From: Bacillota bacterium
GTDB taxonomy: Bacteria; Gemmatimonadota; Gemmatimonadetes; Gemmatimonadales; GWC2-71-9
Assembly: GCA_050257015.1 (NCBI GenBank)
Contig: JBLMWC010000066.1
Coordinates: 4,311 to 68,310, forward strand
DNA: 64,000 nt
Direction: 5' to 3'
In this document: piece after piece, positions 50,127 through 59,507 of the stretch
How positions within the stretch are numbered: position 1 is the first letter of the stretch
Layout: each line of letters opens with the position of its first letter
Position numbers and translations under genes: made by a program
Notes under the pieces: model-generated
The model's database searches: none
What the model saw: the letters and a program-made list of their open reading frames with translations, nothing else
Told to the model about the DNA's origin: nothing

Positions 50127-50262
50127 GCTGCGTCCGGCTGACCGGCGGAAGGCGGACGGAGGTACTGCACCTGCTGAATGCCTGCGTGATCGTCGTGCCA
50201 CAAAATACCAATTCAGGGGTTGAACATGGGGCCGGCACCCGCCGACCCGGGAACGTACAAGC

Positions 50263-50763
50263 GTGAAATATAGCAACTTAGGGGCCAGAATGGCAGGTGC
50301 CGTGGCTGTCACCCTCCTGGCCGCATGCCACCGGGGGCCCGGCGAGGCGGGCGAAACCCGGCGTGCCATCGCCGCCTCGACCGCCCGGTACGTGGAGGCC
50401 TCGCGGGCCGGCGACGCCCACGGGCTGGCCCAGCTGTACGACGAGCATGCCATCCTCCTGCCGCCCGACGGGGAGCCGGTCGAGGGCCGCGACTCCATCG
50501 AGGCCTACTGGAAGCGCGGGCTCGAGAGCGGATTCGAGCTGCACACCACCCGCATGGAAGCGTCGGGCGGCGTGGCGTATTCCATCGGCCGCTGGTCGCT
50601 GCCGGCTACCGACGAGGAATCCGCCGATTCCGGCAAGCTCGTCCTCTGCTGGAAGTGGATCGATGGCGCATGGCGGCTCACCGCCGACATCTGGAACAGC
50701 AGCGTCCCGGCCGACTCGGCCGATGACACCGCTCCCGAGACCGACGCGATCCCGGTCACCTGA
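50263..50763 (+). CDS. NTF2-fold (SnoaL/DUF4440-like) lipoprotein
   Basis: Lipobox LLAAC. YVEASRAGDAHGLAQLYDEHAILLPPDGEPVEGRDSIEAYW...GAWRLTADIWN. Start is GTG 50263 or ATG 50290. Confidence 0.65.
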   Translation: MKYSNLGARMAGAVAVTLLAACHRGPGEAGETRRAIAASTARYVEASRAGDAHGLAQLYDEHAILLPPDGEPVEGRDSIEAYWKRGLESGFELHTTRMEASGGVAYSIGRWSLPATDEESADSGKLVLCWKWIDGAWRLTADIWNSSVPADSADDTAPETDAIPVT

Positions 50764-50786
50764 CCGACCCCCGAGCCGGAGACACC

Positions 50787-52100
50787 ATGGCGTTTCGCCG
50801 CGTTCGCATTTCCCTGCTGCTTGCCGTGATGGCCCTCCCGGCAGGCGCCGCGTCAGCTGCGCAGACCCCGCGCGATACGGCGCCGACGCTGATCCACGCC
50901 GGCCGCCTCTTCGACAGTGAGCGCGGCGCTTTCGTCGGCGCCACCGACATCCTGGTCCGGAACGGCCGGATCGACTCCGTGGCCCCGGCGATAGCCCTCC
51001 CGGCGGGCGCGCGCGAGATCGACCTGCGGCGCTACACCGTCCTCCCCGGCCTCATCGACGCTCATACCCATCTCCTGACGCTGGTGGCGCCGAAGATCGG
51101 CGACGTCATGGAGGGGCTGCGGATGAACACGATGGAGGGAACGCCGCTCCGCGCGCTCCACGGTGCCGCGCGAGCCCGCACCTTCCTCGCCGCCGGCATC
51201 ACCACCGTGCGCGATCTGGGCAACGCCGGCCAGTTCGGCGATGTCGCGCTGCGGAATGCCATCCGGGACGGCAGCGTGGACGGCCCGCGCATGTTCGTCT
51301 CGGGGCCGGGGCTGAGCCCGGTCGGCGGGCAGTATCCGGGACTGCAGCAGGGATTCCTGTCGGTCGCCGCGGACGAGTATCGCATCGTTCACGACCCCGA
51401 CGACGCCGCCGACGCGGTGCGGGAGAACGTCACCCTCGGCGCCGACGTCATCAAGATCTACTCCAACAACACCCCCAACCGCGCCACCCTCTCGAGTGAG
51501 GAGATCCGTGCCATCGTCGCCGCGGCGAAGCGGATGGGCGTGCGCGTGGCCGCCCACGCGACGAGCGACGACGCGGTGTGGCGCGCCGCGGAAGCCGGCG
51601 TCACCTCGATCGAGCACGGCTACACCGTCGCCGACTCGACCCTCGCCCTGATGGCTCGCAAGGGTGTGATGCTGGTGCCGACTGACATCGACAGCCTAAG
51701 CGCGGTGCAGTATCTGAAGCAGACCGGGGAGCCGGGCGAGCCGGCCGGAATGCAGTCGTTCCTCAGTCGCGAGCGGGACCGGCTTCGCCGGGCGGTAAAG
51801 GCCGGCGTCACCATCGCGGCCGGCTCCGACAACTACATCGACATGGGCTGGCCCCAGGGCTACAGCGCGCGGCGCGTCCTCTTCTCCTACATCGAGGCCG
51901 GACTCACGCCGGTGCAGGTCCTCCAGGCCGCGACGATCAATGATGCGCGCCTGCTGGGCCAGGAGGGCCGGCTGGGTGTCATCAAGCGGGGGGCGTTCGC
52001 CGACATCATCGCCGTCGATGGCGACCCGGCGGCCGATTTCAGCGCGATCGAGCGGGTGCGCTTCGTCATGAAGGCGGGAACGGTCTACGTGGGCCGGTAG
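50787..52100 (+). CDS. secreted amidohydrolase-family metallohydrolase
   Basis: Signal peptide. Motifs VLPGLIDAHTHL, ADVIKIY, VAAHA, SIEHG and GSDN are the imidazolonepropionase/prolidase-like amidohydrolase_1 pattern. Confidence 0.85.
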   Translation: MAFRRVRISLLLAVMALPAGAASAAQTPRDTAPTLIHAGRLFDSERGAFVGATDILVRNGRIDSVAPAIALPAGAREIDLRRYTVLPGLIDAHTHLLTLVAPKIGDVMEGLRMNTMEGTPLRALHGAARARTFLAAGITTVRDLGNAGQFGDVALRNAIRDGSVDGPRMFVSGPGLSPVGGQYPGLQQGFLSVAADEYRIVHDPDDAADAVRENVTLGADVIKIYSNNTPNRATLSSEEIRAIVAAAKRMGVRVAAHATSDDAVWRAAEAGVTSIEHGYTVADSTLALMARKGVMLVPTDIDSLSAVQYLKQTGEPGEPAGMQSFLSRERDRLRRAVKAGVTIAAGSDNYIDMGWPQGYSARRVLFSYIEAGLTPVQVLQAATINDARLLGQEGRLGVIKRGAFADIIAVDGDPAADFSAIERVRFVMKAGTVYVGR

Positions 52101-52262
52101 CGCCGAATTACCTTTCCGGGGACCGAGCCTGTTCCACACCGCTCTGGAAGGAGCCCCCCGCTGACCGCCGAACCGACTACCGCCACCGCCCCCCCCAGTG
52201 CCGCCGCCGGCGATGACGGCGCGCTGGCATGGCGCAGCATCAACACGATCCGCGCACTGGCC

Positions 52263-54227
52263 ATGGACGCCGTGCAGGCGGCCGAATCCGGGCACCCCGG
52301 CACGCCGATGTCGCTGGCCCCCGCGGCCTACGTGCTCTGGCATCACTTCCTGCGCCACAACCCGCACAATCCGCATTGGGACGACCGCGACCGTTTCGTG
52401 CTCTCCTGCGGTCACGCCTCGATGCTGCTGTATTCGCTGCTCTACCTCACCGGCTACGACCTGTCCCTCGACGAAATCCGGAACTTCAGGCAGTGGGGCT
52501 CGAAGACGCCGGGCCATCCCGAGCGCGGCCACACCGCCGGCGTAGAGACCACCACCGGCCCCCTCGGCCAGGGCGTCGGCAATGCCGTCGGCATGGCGAT
52601 CGCCGAGCGGTTCCTGGCTCGGTACTTCAACCGGCCCGACTTCGAGATCGTCAACCATCTGGTGTGGGCCTTCGCCAGCGACGGCGACATCATGGAAGGC
52701 GTCTCGAGCGAGGCGTCATCGATCGCCGGACATCTCCAGCTGGGCAACCTCTGCCTGATCTACGACAACAACCACATCACGATTGACGGCCGGACCGATC
52801 TCTCGTTCAGCGAGGACGTGGGCAAGCGGTACGAAGCATACGGTTGGCACGTCCAGCACGTGGAGAGCGGCAACGACCTCGACGCAATCGCGCGGGCGCT
52901 CACCGCCGCCCGGGACGAGACGGCGCGACCGTCGATGATCGTGCTCCATACGGTGATCGGCGATCCGGCCCCGACCAAGAAGGACAGCAACGAGGCCCAC
53001 GGCTCACCGCTCGGCCCCGACGAAGTGCGGAAGACGAAGGGGATCATCGGCTGGCCGGAGGAGCCGCCATTCTTCGTGCCACCCGAGGCGCTGGCACACT
53101 GGCGGGAAGCGGTGCCCCGCGGCGAGGCGCTGGAACGCGACTGGAACGCGCTCTTCGATCGATACGCCGCGAAGTACCCCGACCTCGCCCAGGAGTACCG
53201 CCGGTGGATGACCGGTGAGCTGCCGAAGGACTGGGACCGGTTCCTGCCGGCGTTCACCGCCCAGCAGGGGGCGTTCGCGACGCGGCAGGCGTCGGGCAAG
53301 TCGCTCGAGGCGCTCGCGAAGACGATGCCCAACCTCATCGGTGGTTCGGCCGACCTCGGCACCAGCACCGGCGTGACGCTCACCGATGGCGGCGAGTTCG
53401 GTCCGGGGCGCACCGGGCGGATCCTGCACTGGGGGATCCGCGAGCACGGGATGGGCGCCTGCATGAACGGCATCGCCGCGCACGGCGGGCTCCGGCCCTT
53501 CGGCAGCACCTTTTTCGTGTTCACCGACTACATGAAGCCCGCGATCCGCCTCGCGGCCATCATGAAGCTCCCGACGATCTACATCTGCACCCACGACTCC
53601 ATCGGCCTCGGCGAGGACGGTCCGACGCACCAGCCGATCGCTCAGCTCGCGATGCTCCGGGCGCTGCCCGGTCTCCGGCTGTTCCGGCCGGCGGATGCGA
53701 CCGAAACCGTCGAGGCGTGGCGCTACGTCGTGAGCCATCCCGACAAGCCGTCGATGCTGGTCCTCACCCGTCAGAAGGTGCCGACGATCGACCGGACGAA
53801 GTTCCGGCCGGTTGACGGGCTTCGCCGCGGGGCGTACATCCTCTCCGAGCCCGACGGCGGCGCCGAGGCGATCCTGATCGGGACCGGCTCGGAGGTGGGG
53901 ATCGCGATCGCGGCGGCCGATCAGCTCGCGCGCGAGGGGATCCGTGCGCGGGTGGTGTCGATGCCGTCCTGGGACGTGTTCGCGGATCAGTCGCAGGAAT
54001 ACCGGGACGAGGTGCTGCCCCCGGCGATACGCGCCCGTGTCGCGATCGAGGCGGCCGCCACGATGGGGTGGCTCCGGTGGGTCACCGACGAGGGTGTCGT
54101 CATCGGCATCGATCACTTCGGCGCGTCGGCACCGGCCGAGCGCATCTACCAGGAATTCGGGCTGACGCCCGAGGCCGCTGCGACGGCGGTCAGGCGTCTC
54201 CTGCAACAGAAGAAGAGGCCCGCATGA
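52263..54227 (+). CDS. tkt: transketolase (the true start is probably upstream at a CTG, see findings)
   Basis: [20 protein letters not shown]...[25 protein letters not shown]...GPLGQG...ASDGDIMEG. Its stop forms an ATGA overlap with the tal start. Confidence 0.9.
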   Translation: MDAVQAAESGHPGTPMSLAPAAYVLWHHFLRHNPHNPHWDDRDRFVLSCGHASMLLYSLLYLTGYDLSLDEIRNFRQWGSKTPGHPERGHTAGVETTTGPLGQGVGNAVGMAIAERFLARYFNRPDFEIVNHLVWAFASDGDIMEGVSSEASSIAGHLQLGNLCLIYDNNHITIDGRTDLSFSEDVGKRYEAYGWHVQHVESGNDLDAIARALTAARDETARPSMIVLHTVIGDPAPTKKDSNEAHGSPLGPDEVRKTKGIIGWPEEPPFFVPPEALAHWREAVPRGEALERDWNALFDRYAAKYPDLAQEYRRWMTGELPKDWDRFLPAFTAQQGAFATRQASGKSLEALAKTMPNLIGGSADLGTSTGVTLTDGGEFGPGRTGRILHWGIREHGMGACMNGIAAHGGLRPFGSTFFVFTDYMKPAIRLAAIMKLPTIYICTHDSIGLGEDGPTHQPIAQLAMLRALPGLRLFRPADATETVEAWRYVVSHPDKPSMLVLTRQKVPTIDRTKFRPVDGLRRGAYILSEPDGGAEAILIGTGSEVGIAIAAADQLAREGIRARVVSMPSWDVFADQSQEYRDEVLPPAIRARVAIEAAATMGWLRWVTDEGVVIGIDHFGASAPAERIYQEFGLTPEAAATAVRRLLQQKKRPA

Positions 54228-55330
54228 CCAATCCCCTCCTCCGACTGGGGGAGCTCGGCCAGAGCCCCTGGTTCGACAACATCACGCACGATCTCATCAC
54301 GTCGGGGAAGCTGGCCCGGCTGATCCGGGACGACGGCCTGCGCGGCATGACGTCGAATCCCACCATCTTCGAGAAGGCGATCGCCGGAACGCCGGTGTAT
54401 GACGACCTCATCCGCCGTCTGGCCGACGAAGGCCGGGACGGCCCCGGAATCTTCGAGGGCATCGCCGTCGAGGACGTCCGGCTCGCGTGCGACGTCTTCC
54501 GCCCCACCTACGAGGCGACGGGCGGCGTGGACGGCACCGTCTCGATCGAGGTCTCCCCGACGCTGGGGAACGACACCGCAGGCACGATCGCCGAGGCCGA
54601 GCGACTCTGGCACTCGGTCAACCGGCCCAACGTGATGGTGAAGATTCCCGGCACGGCGGAAGGGCTTCCGGCGATCGAGCACTGCCTCACCGAGGGAATC
54701 AACATCAACATCACCCTGCTGTTCGCGGTCGAGCGCTACGCCGAGGTGATCGAGGCGTTCCTGAGGGCGCTGGAGGCGCGGGCGGCGAAGGGCGAGCCAA
54801 TCGACCGGATGTGCTCCGTGGCGAGCTTCTTCGTGAGCCGGGTGGACACCAAGGTGGACCCGCAGCTCGACCGGATCGGCGACCCGAAGGGGATTCGCGG
54901 CAAGACCGCGATCGCCAACGCCGCGATGGCCTATCAGCTCTTCGAGCGGACGGTGGCGAGCGACCGGTGGCAGAAGCTCGCGGCGAAGGGCGCCCGCCCT
55001 CAGCGGCCCCTCTGGGCCTCGACCAGCACGAAGGACCCGAAGTACCCGGACATCTACTACGTGGAGGCGCTGATCGCCCCTCACACCGTGGACACCATGC
55101 CGCCGGAGACCTTCGAGGCGTATCGTGACCACGGGAAGCCCGAGGTGCGCATCCACCAGGCGATCGCGGAGGCGCCGGCCCAGCTCGCGGCGCTGGAGGC
55201 CTCGGGGATCTCGCTCCGGCAGGTGACGCAGGAGCTCGAGGTGGAGGGGGTGCAGAAGTTCGGCGCTTCGTTCGCCTCGCTAGTCAAGGGCGTCGAGGCC
55301 AAGGTGGGCGAGCTGGCAGGCAGCCGCTGA
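54224..55330 (+). CDS. tal: transaldolase
   Basis: ORF 54068..55330 trimmed to ATG 54224. GQSPWFDNI...[13 protein letters not shown]...VSIEVSP...VMVKIPGT...INITLLF. Confidence 0.9.
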   Translation: MTNPLLRLGELGQSPWFDNITHDLITSGKLARLIRDDGLRGMTSNPTIFEKAIAGTPVYDDLIRRLADEGRDGPGIFEGIAVEDVRLACDVFRPTYEATGGVDGTVSIEVSPTLGNDTAGTIAEAERLWHSVNRPNVMVKIPGTAEGLPAIEHCLTEGININITLLFAVERYAEVIEAFLRALEARAAKGEPIDRMCSVASFFVSRVDTKVDPQLDRIGDPKGIRGKTAIANAAMAYQLFERTVASDRWQKLAAKGARPQRPLWASTSTKDPKYPDIYYVEALIAPHTVDTMPPETFEAYRDHGKPEVRIHQAIAEAPAQLAALEASGISLRQVTQELEVEGVQKFGASFASLVKGVEAKVGELAGSR

Positions 55331-56625
55331 TGTGGCGCTTCCTGCGCGGGATCTCGCTCTCGTGGTGGATCGTCATCGCCACGGTGCTGGGGGCCTTTGT
55401 CGGCTATCTCGATCACGACGTCTGGCTCAGCGCCAACGTCGGGGCGGCGCTCAATCCGCTGTCCACGATCTTCCTGCGCATGATCAAGTCGATCGTGGTG
55501 CCGCTCGTGTTCGGCGCCCTCGTGATCGGCATCGCGGGCCACGGCGACGACCTGAAGCGGGTCGGCCGGCTCGCCCTCAAGTCGCTCGTCTACTTCGAGA
55601 TCGTCACGAGCATCGCGCTCTTCATCGGTCTCGCCGCCGTGAACCTCTTCAAGCCCGGCGTCGGTGTCACGCTGTCCGGCTCCGCGGCGGACGCGGAGAA
55701 GCTGGCGAGCACGCCGACGACGCTGGCCGGCGTGCTGGAGCACACCGTACCCCAGAGCTTCTTCGAGGCGGCGTCCCGGAACGAGGTGCTCCAGATCGTC
55801 TTCTTCGCGGTGCTCTTCGCGGCCGCGCTGACGCAGGTGAAGGGCCGGCCCAAGGAGGCGATGCTCGGCTTCTGCGAGGGGCTGGCGGAGGTGATGTTCA
55901 AGTTCACCGGCATCGTCATGAAGTTCGCGCCGATCGGCATCTTCGCCGCCATCGCCAATACGATCGGCAAGAACGGCATCGAGGTGATCTGGAGTCTGGG
56001 CAAGCTGGTGGGGACGCTGTATCTCGCGCTGATCGTCTTCATCCTGCTCGTGCTGGTGCCGGTGGCGCTGATCGCGCGGATTCCGCTCCGGAGCTTCTGG
56101 AAGTGGGTCAAGGAGCCATGGCTCCTGGCGTTCACGACGGCGTCGTCGGAGGCGGCCCTGCCGCTCGCCATGGAGAACATGGAGAGCTTCGGCGTGCCGC
56201 GGCGGATCGTGTCGTTCGTGATTCCGACCGGCTACTCGTTCAACCTCGACGGCTCGACGCTCTATCTGGCGGTCGCATCGATCTTCGTAGCCCAGGCGGC
56301 GGGGATCCATCTCGATCTGGGGCAGCAGCTCCTGATGATGCTGACGCTCATGCTCACGAGCAAAGGCGTCGCCGCCGTACCGCGCGCCTCCCTCGTCATC
56401 CTCTCGGGCACCCTGGTCACCTTCGGGCTCCCGCTCGAGGGGGTGGCCGTGATCCTCGGCGTGGACGCCTTCATGGACATGGCGCGTACCTCGGTGAATC
56501 TCGTCGGCAACTGCCTGGCCTCGGCGGTGATGGCGCGCTGGGAGGGCGAGTTCAACCCCGACGCGCTGGAACTCGGCGTGTATCCCGTACCGGAAACGGT
56601 GAGCGCGGCGACCGCCGCCGACTAG
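55330..56625 (+). CDS. dicarboxylate/amino acid:cation symporter (DAACS family)
   Basis: 431 aa. IFLRMIKSIVVPLVFGALVIGIAG, SSEAALP and PTGYSFNLDGS are hallmark DAACS segments. The start shares 1 nt with the tal stop. Confidence 0.9.
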   Translation: MWRFLRGISLSWWIVIATVLGAFVGYLDHDVWLSANVGAALNPLSTIFLRMIKSIVVPLVFGALVIGIAGHGDDLKRVGRLALKSLVYFEIVTSIALFIGLAAVNLFKPGVGVTLSGSAADAEKLASTPTTLAGVLEHTVPQSFFEAASRNEVLQIVFFAVLFAAALTQVKGRPKEAMLGFCEGLAEVMFKFTGIVMKFAPIGIFAAIANTIGKNGIEVIWSLGKLVGTLYLALIVFILLVLVPVALIARIPLRSFWKWVKEPWLLAFTTASSEAALPLAMENMESFGVPRRIVSFVIPTGYSFNLDGSTLYLAVASIFVAQAAGIHLDLGQQLLMMLTLMLTSKGVAAVPRASLVILSGTLVTFGLPLEGVAVILGVDAFMDMARTSVNLVGNCLASAVMARWEGEFNPDALELGVYPVPETVSAATAAD

Positions 56626-56702
56626 CCCGCCCGGCAGCGCCCGGCAGAACTTTTTTCGCGTCGGTTCCGTCCGGGCTTCGGACCTTCTTCCCTGGACGGA
56701 TC

Positions 56703-58547
56703 ATGCCCGTGCACAAGCTTGTCGTGGCCGGCGTCGCGTTCGCCGCGGCCGCCCCCGCCCTCGGCGCGCAGCGCCCCACCCGCTCGGCCCTCAGCCTGAT
56801 CACGCCGGCCACCCAGTCGGCCCCCATCGCGAACGTCCGCTACGGCGTGACCTTCGACTCGAGCACCGCCCCACGCCGGTTGCTCAAGGTGACCATGGCG
56901 TTCGACGTGACCGGCAGCGGACCGGTGCTCCTCTCACTGCCGGTGTGGACCCCGGGCGCGTACGAGGTCAGCGATTTCGCGAAGAACGTCTCCGGCTTCA
57001 CGCCGACCGCGGGCACCACCACCCTCAAGTGGGACAAGCTCGATTACGACACGTGGCGGATCCAGCCGGGCGGGGCGCGGTCGGTGAGCGTCGCGTTCGA
57101 CTACACCGCCGACTCGCTCGACAACGCGATGGCGTGGACCCGGCCCGATTTCGCCCTCTTCAACGGCACCAACGTCTTCCTCTATCCCGAGGGCCGGAGC
57201 CTCGACTTCCCGGCTACCGTGACGATCACCACGCAACCCGGATGGCAGGTCGTCACCAGCATGCACCCCGCGGGCGCAGCGCGGACGTATCGCGAGAACA
57301 ACTATCACGACCTGGTCGACATGCCCTTCTTCATCGGCCGGGTCGACCTGGACAGCACCCAGATCAGCGGCAAGTGGACCCGGTTCGCGACCTATCCGAT
57401 GGGCGCCTTCGGCGGTGCGCTGCGCGATTCGCTCGAGCGCCGCATCGCGCGGGTGATTCCGGCCGAGTCAGCGGTCCTCGGCGAGACGCCGTGGGACAGC
57501 TACAGCGTCATGATGATCTTCGATTCGACGTTCCAGGGCGGGAGCGCGCTCGAGCACCAGGCCTCGCACGTCGGCGTCTACACTCCGGCCCTCGGCCGGC
57601 CGGAGCTCGACACCGTGCTCACTGCCATCACGGCGCACGAGATCTTCCACGCATGGAACGTGAAGCGACTGCGTCCGGCGGACATGGTCCCCTACCGCTA
57701 CTCGGCGGCGCAGCCGACCCCCTGGCTCTGGGTCAGTGAAGGGATCACCGACTACTACGCGTCGGTCGCACTGGCACGGGCGGGAGTGTACGACACCGCC
57801 GCCTTTGCCCGGCAGATGATGTCCAACCTGGATGCGGTGACCAACGCGCCACCGACGGCGCTGGAGGATGCGTCGCTTTCCACCTGGATCCATCCCAGGG
57901 ACGGCAGCGGCTACGTCTACTATCCGAAGGGCGCGCTGGCGGGCTTCATGCTCGACATCATCATCCGTGACGCGAGCGGCAACCAGCACTCGCTCGACGG
58001 CGTGATGCGCTCGCTCTATCAGACCACCTACAAGCGGGGTCGCGGGTTCACGGGAGAGGACTGGTGGAACGCGGTGCGGCAGGCGGCCGGCGGCAAGGGA
58101 TTCGACGACTTCAATGCGCGCTACGTGGATGGCCGCGATCCGTTCCCGATGGAGTCGGTGCTCCGGACCGCCGGCTTCCTGCTCAGGACCGACAGCGGCC
58201 GCGTCGCCCGCGTGGGCGTCAGCACCACCACCGACAGCCTCGGCGTCCGTGTGATGCAGACGGCCCCGGGAAGCGCGGCGGCGAAGGCCGGTGTGCAGCC
58301 GGGCGACCGCCTGGTGTCGGTCGGCGGCATCGCCGCGAGCGATCCGGAGTGGGCCGAGCAGTTCCGGGCCCAGTACAACACCCGCGAAGGGGCCGACCTC
58401 GCGATCGTGGTGCAGCGGGGCGGGCAGACCCTGACGCTTCACGGCCCGGTCACGACGGCTCCCGTCGTGACGCAGCAGATCACCTTCGACCCGAATGCGA
58501 CGCCGGCGGCGGTCCGCATCCGCAACGGGATCATGCGGGGGATGTGA
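56703..58547 (+). CDS. M61-family (glycyl aminopeptidase-like) metallopeptidase with C-terminal PDZ domain
   Basis: ORF 55332..58547 trimmed to ATG 56703, which begins a signal peptide. Zinc motif HEIFHAWNVKRLRP...SEGITDYY. PDZ segment GVRVMQTAPGSAAAKAGVQPGDRLVSVGG. Confidence 0.85.
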   Translation: MPVHKLVVAGVAFAAAAPALGAQRPTRSALSLITPATQSAPIANVRYGVTFDSSTAPRRLLKVTMAFDVTGSGPVLLSLPVWTPGAYEVSDFAKNVSGFTPTAGTTTLKWDKLDYDTWRIQPGGARSVSVAFDYTADSLDNAMAWTRPDFALFNGTNVFLYPEGRSLDFPATVTITTQPGWQVVTSMHPAGAARTYRENNYHDLVDMPFFIGRVDLDSTQISGKWTRFATYPMGAFGGALRDSLERRIARVIPAESAVLGETPWDSYSVMMIFDSTFQGGSALEHQASHVGVYTPALGRPELDTVLTAITAHEIFHAWNVKRLRPADMVPYRYSAAQPTPWLWVSEGITDYYASVALARAGVYDTAAFARQMMSNLDAVTNAPPTALEDASLSTWIHPRDGSGYVYYPKGALAGFMLDIIIRDASGNQHSLDGVMRSLYQTTYKRGRGFTGEDWWNAVRQAAGGKGFDDFNARYVDGRDPFPMESVLRTAGFLLRTDSGRVARVGVSTTTDSLGVRVMQTAPGSAAAKAGVQPGDRLVSVGGIAASDPEWAEQFRAQYNTREGADLAIVVQRGGQTLTLHGPVTTAPVVTQQITFDPNATPAAVRIRNGIMRGM

Positions 58548-58566
58548 CGGCGGCCCGGCGCGGCCT

Positions 58567-58608
58567 CAGGGTCATTGCGAGGAGCGAAGCGACGAAGCAA
58601 TGACCCTG
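58567..58608. repeat. perfect palindromic REP-like element between convergent genes
   Basis: CAGGGTCATTGC-(18 nt gaggagcgaagcgacgaa)-GCAATGACCCTG has 12-bp perfect inverted arms. The core recurs at 46694..46723. Confidence 0.6.
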
Positions 58609-58630
58609 GGGCCGCGCCGACTGCAATCGT

Positions 58631-59503
58631 TCAGCCTCCGCCTGCCGCGTCCATTACCTCCGGCGGGACCCGTCCCAGCCGCCCCGCCTCCCGTCGAACC
58701 TCCGCCGGCACAGCCCCCGCTGAGCGGAGCTCACGCACCCCCGAGTCCCCCGCCGCCTTGCTGAGCTTCGCCCCGTCAGCCTTGATGATGAGCGGGTGAT
58801 GCAGGAACACCGGCGGCTCCGCCCGCCCCAGCATCCGGCCGAGCCGGATCTGGCGGCCGGTGGACTGCATGAGGTCCTCCCCGCGGATCACCAGATCGAT
58901 TCCCTGTCTCAGGTCGTCCACCGTCACCGCGAACTGATAGGTCCACTGGCCCAGCCGGTCGCGGAGGAGGAGATCGCCGCACTGGCGGTCGGGCTCCTGC
59001 ACCTGCGGGCCCAGAAGCAGGTCGTCGAACCGCTCGGGGCCCGGTGCGAACTCGACGCGCGTCCCGAGGCCGGGCCCGGGCATCAATCCCAGATGGCGGC
59101 AGTGACCGGGATAGCGCGACTCCTCGCCGAAGACGTCGTCCACCGTCCGGGCGATCGTCCGCCGCGAGCACCCGCAGCCGTAGACATGATGGGTGGCGGC
59201 GAGCTGCTCGACGGCCGCGGCGTAGGCGCCGCCGCTGTCGCTCTGGCGCCCGGCGGCGATGTCGGGCGCGAAGCCGAGCCAGGCGAGATCCTCGAGGAGC
59301 GCGCGCTCATATTCCGGACGGCACCGGGTGGCGTCGTGATCCTCGATGCGGAGGAGCACTCGCCCGCCCAGCGCGCGGGCCAGGCCCCAGGCCCAGAGCG
59401 CGTTGACGACGTGGCCGAGGTGGAGGTAGCCGGTGGGACTGGGTGCGAAGCGGGTGAGCGGGCGCGGCGGCAGCCGCCCCGCGAGGCTGGCGAAGTCGAG
59501 CAT
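58631..59503 (-). CDS. gluQRS: tRNA glutamyl-Q(34) synthetase
   Basis: 290 aa truncated GluRS paralogue. RFAPSPTGYLHLGH (HIGH motif) and KLSK are present. No anticodon-binding domain. Confidence 0.85.
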   Translation of the reverse strand: MLDFASLAGRLPPRPLTRFAPSPTGYLHLGHVVNALWAWGLARALGGRVLLRIEDHDATRCRPEYERALLEDLAWLGFAPDIAAGRQSDSGGAYAAAVEQLAATHHVYGCGCSRRTIARTVDDVFGEESRYPGHCRHLGLMPGPGLGTRVEFAPGPERFDDLLLGPQVQEPDRQCGDLLLRDRLGQWTYQFAVTVDDLRQGIDLVIRGEDLMQSTGRQIRLGRMLGRAEPPVFLHHPLIIKADGAKLSKAAGDSGVRELRSAGAVPAEVRREAGRLGRVPPEVMDAAGGG

Positions 59504-59507
59504 CGGC

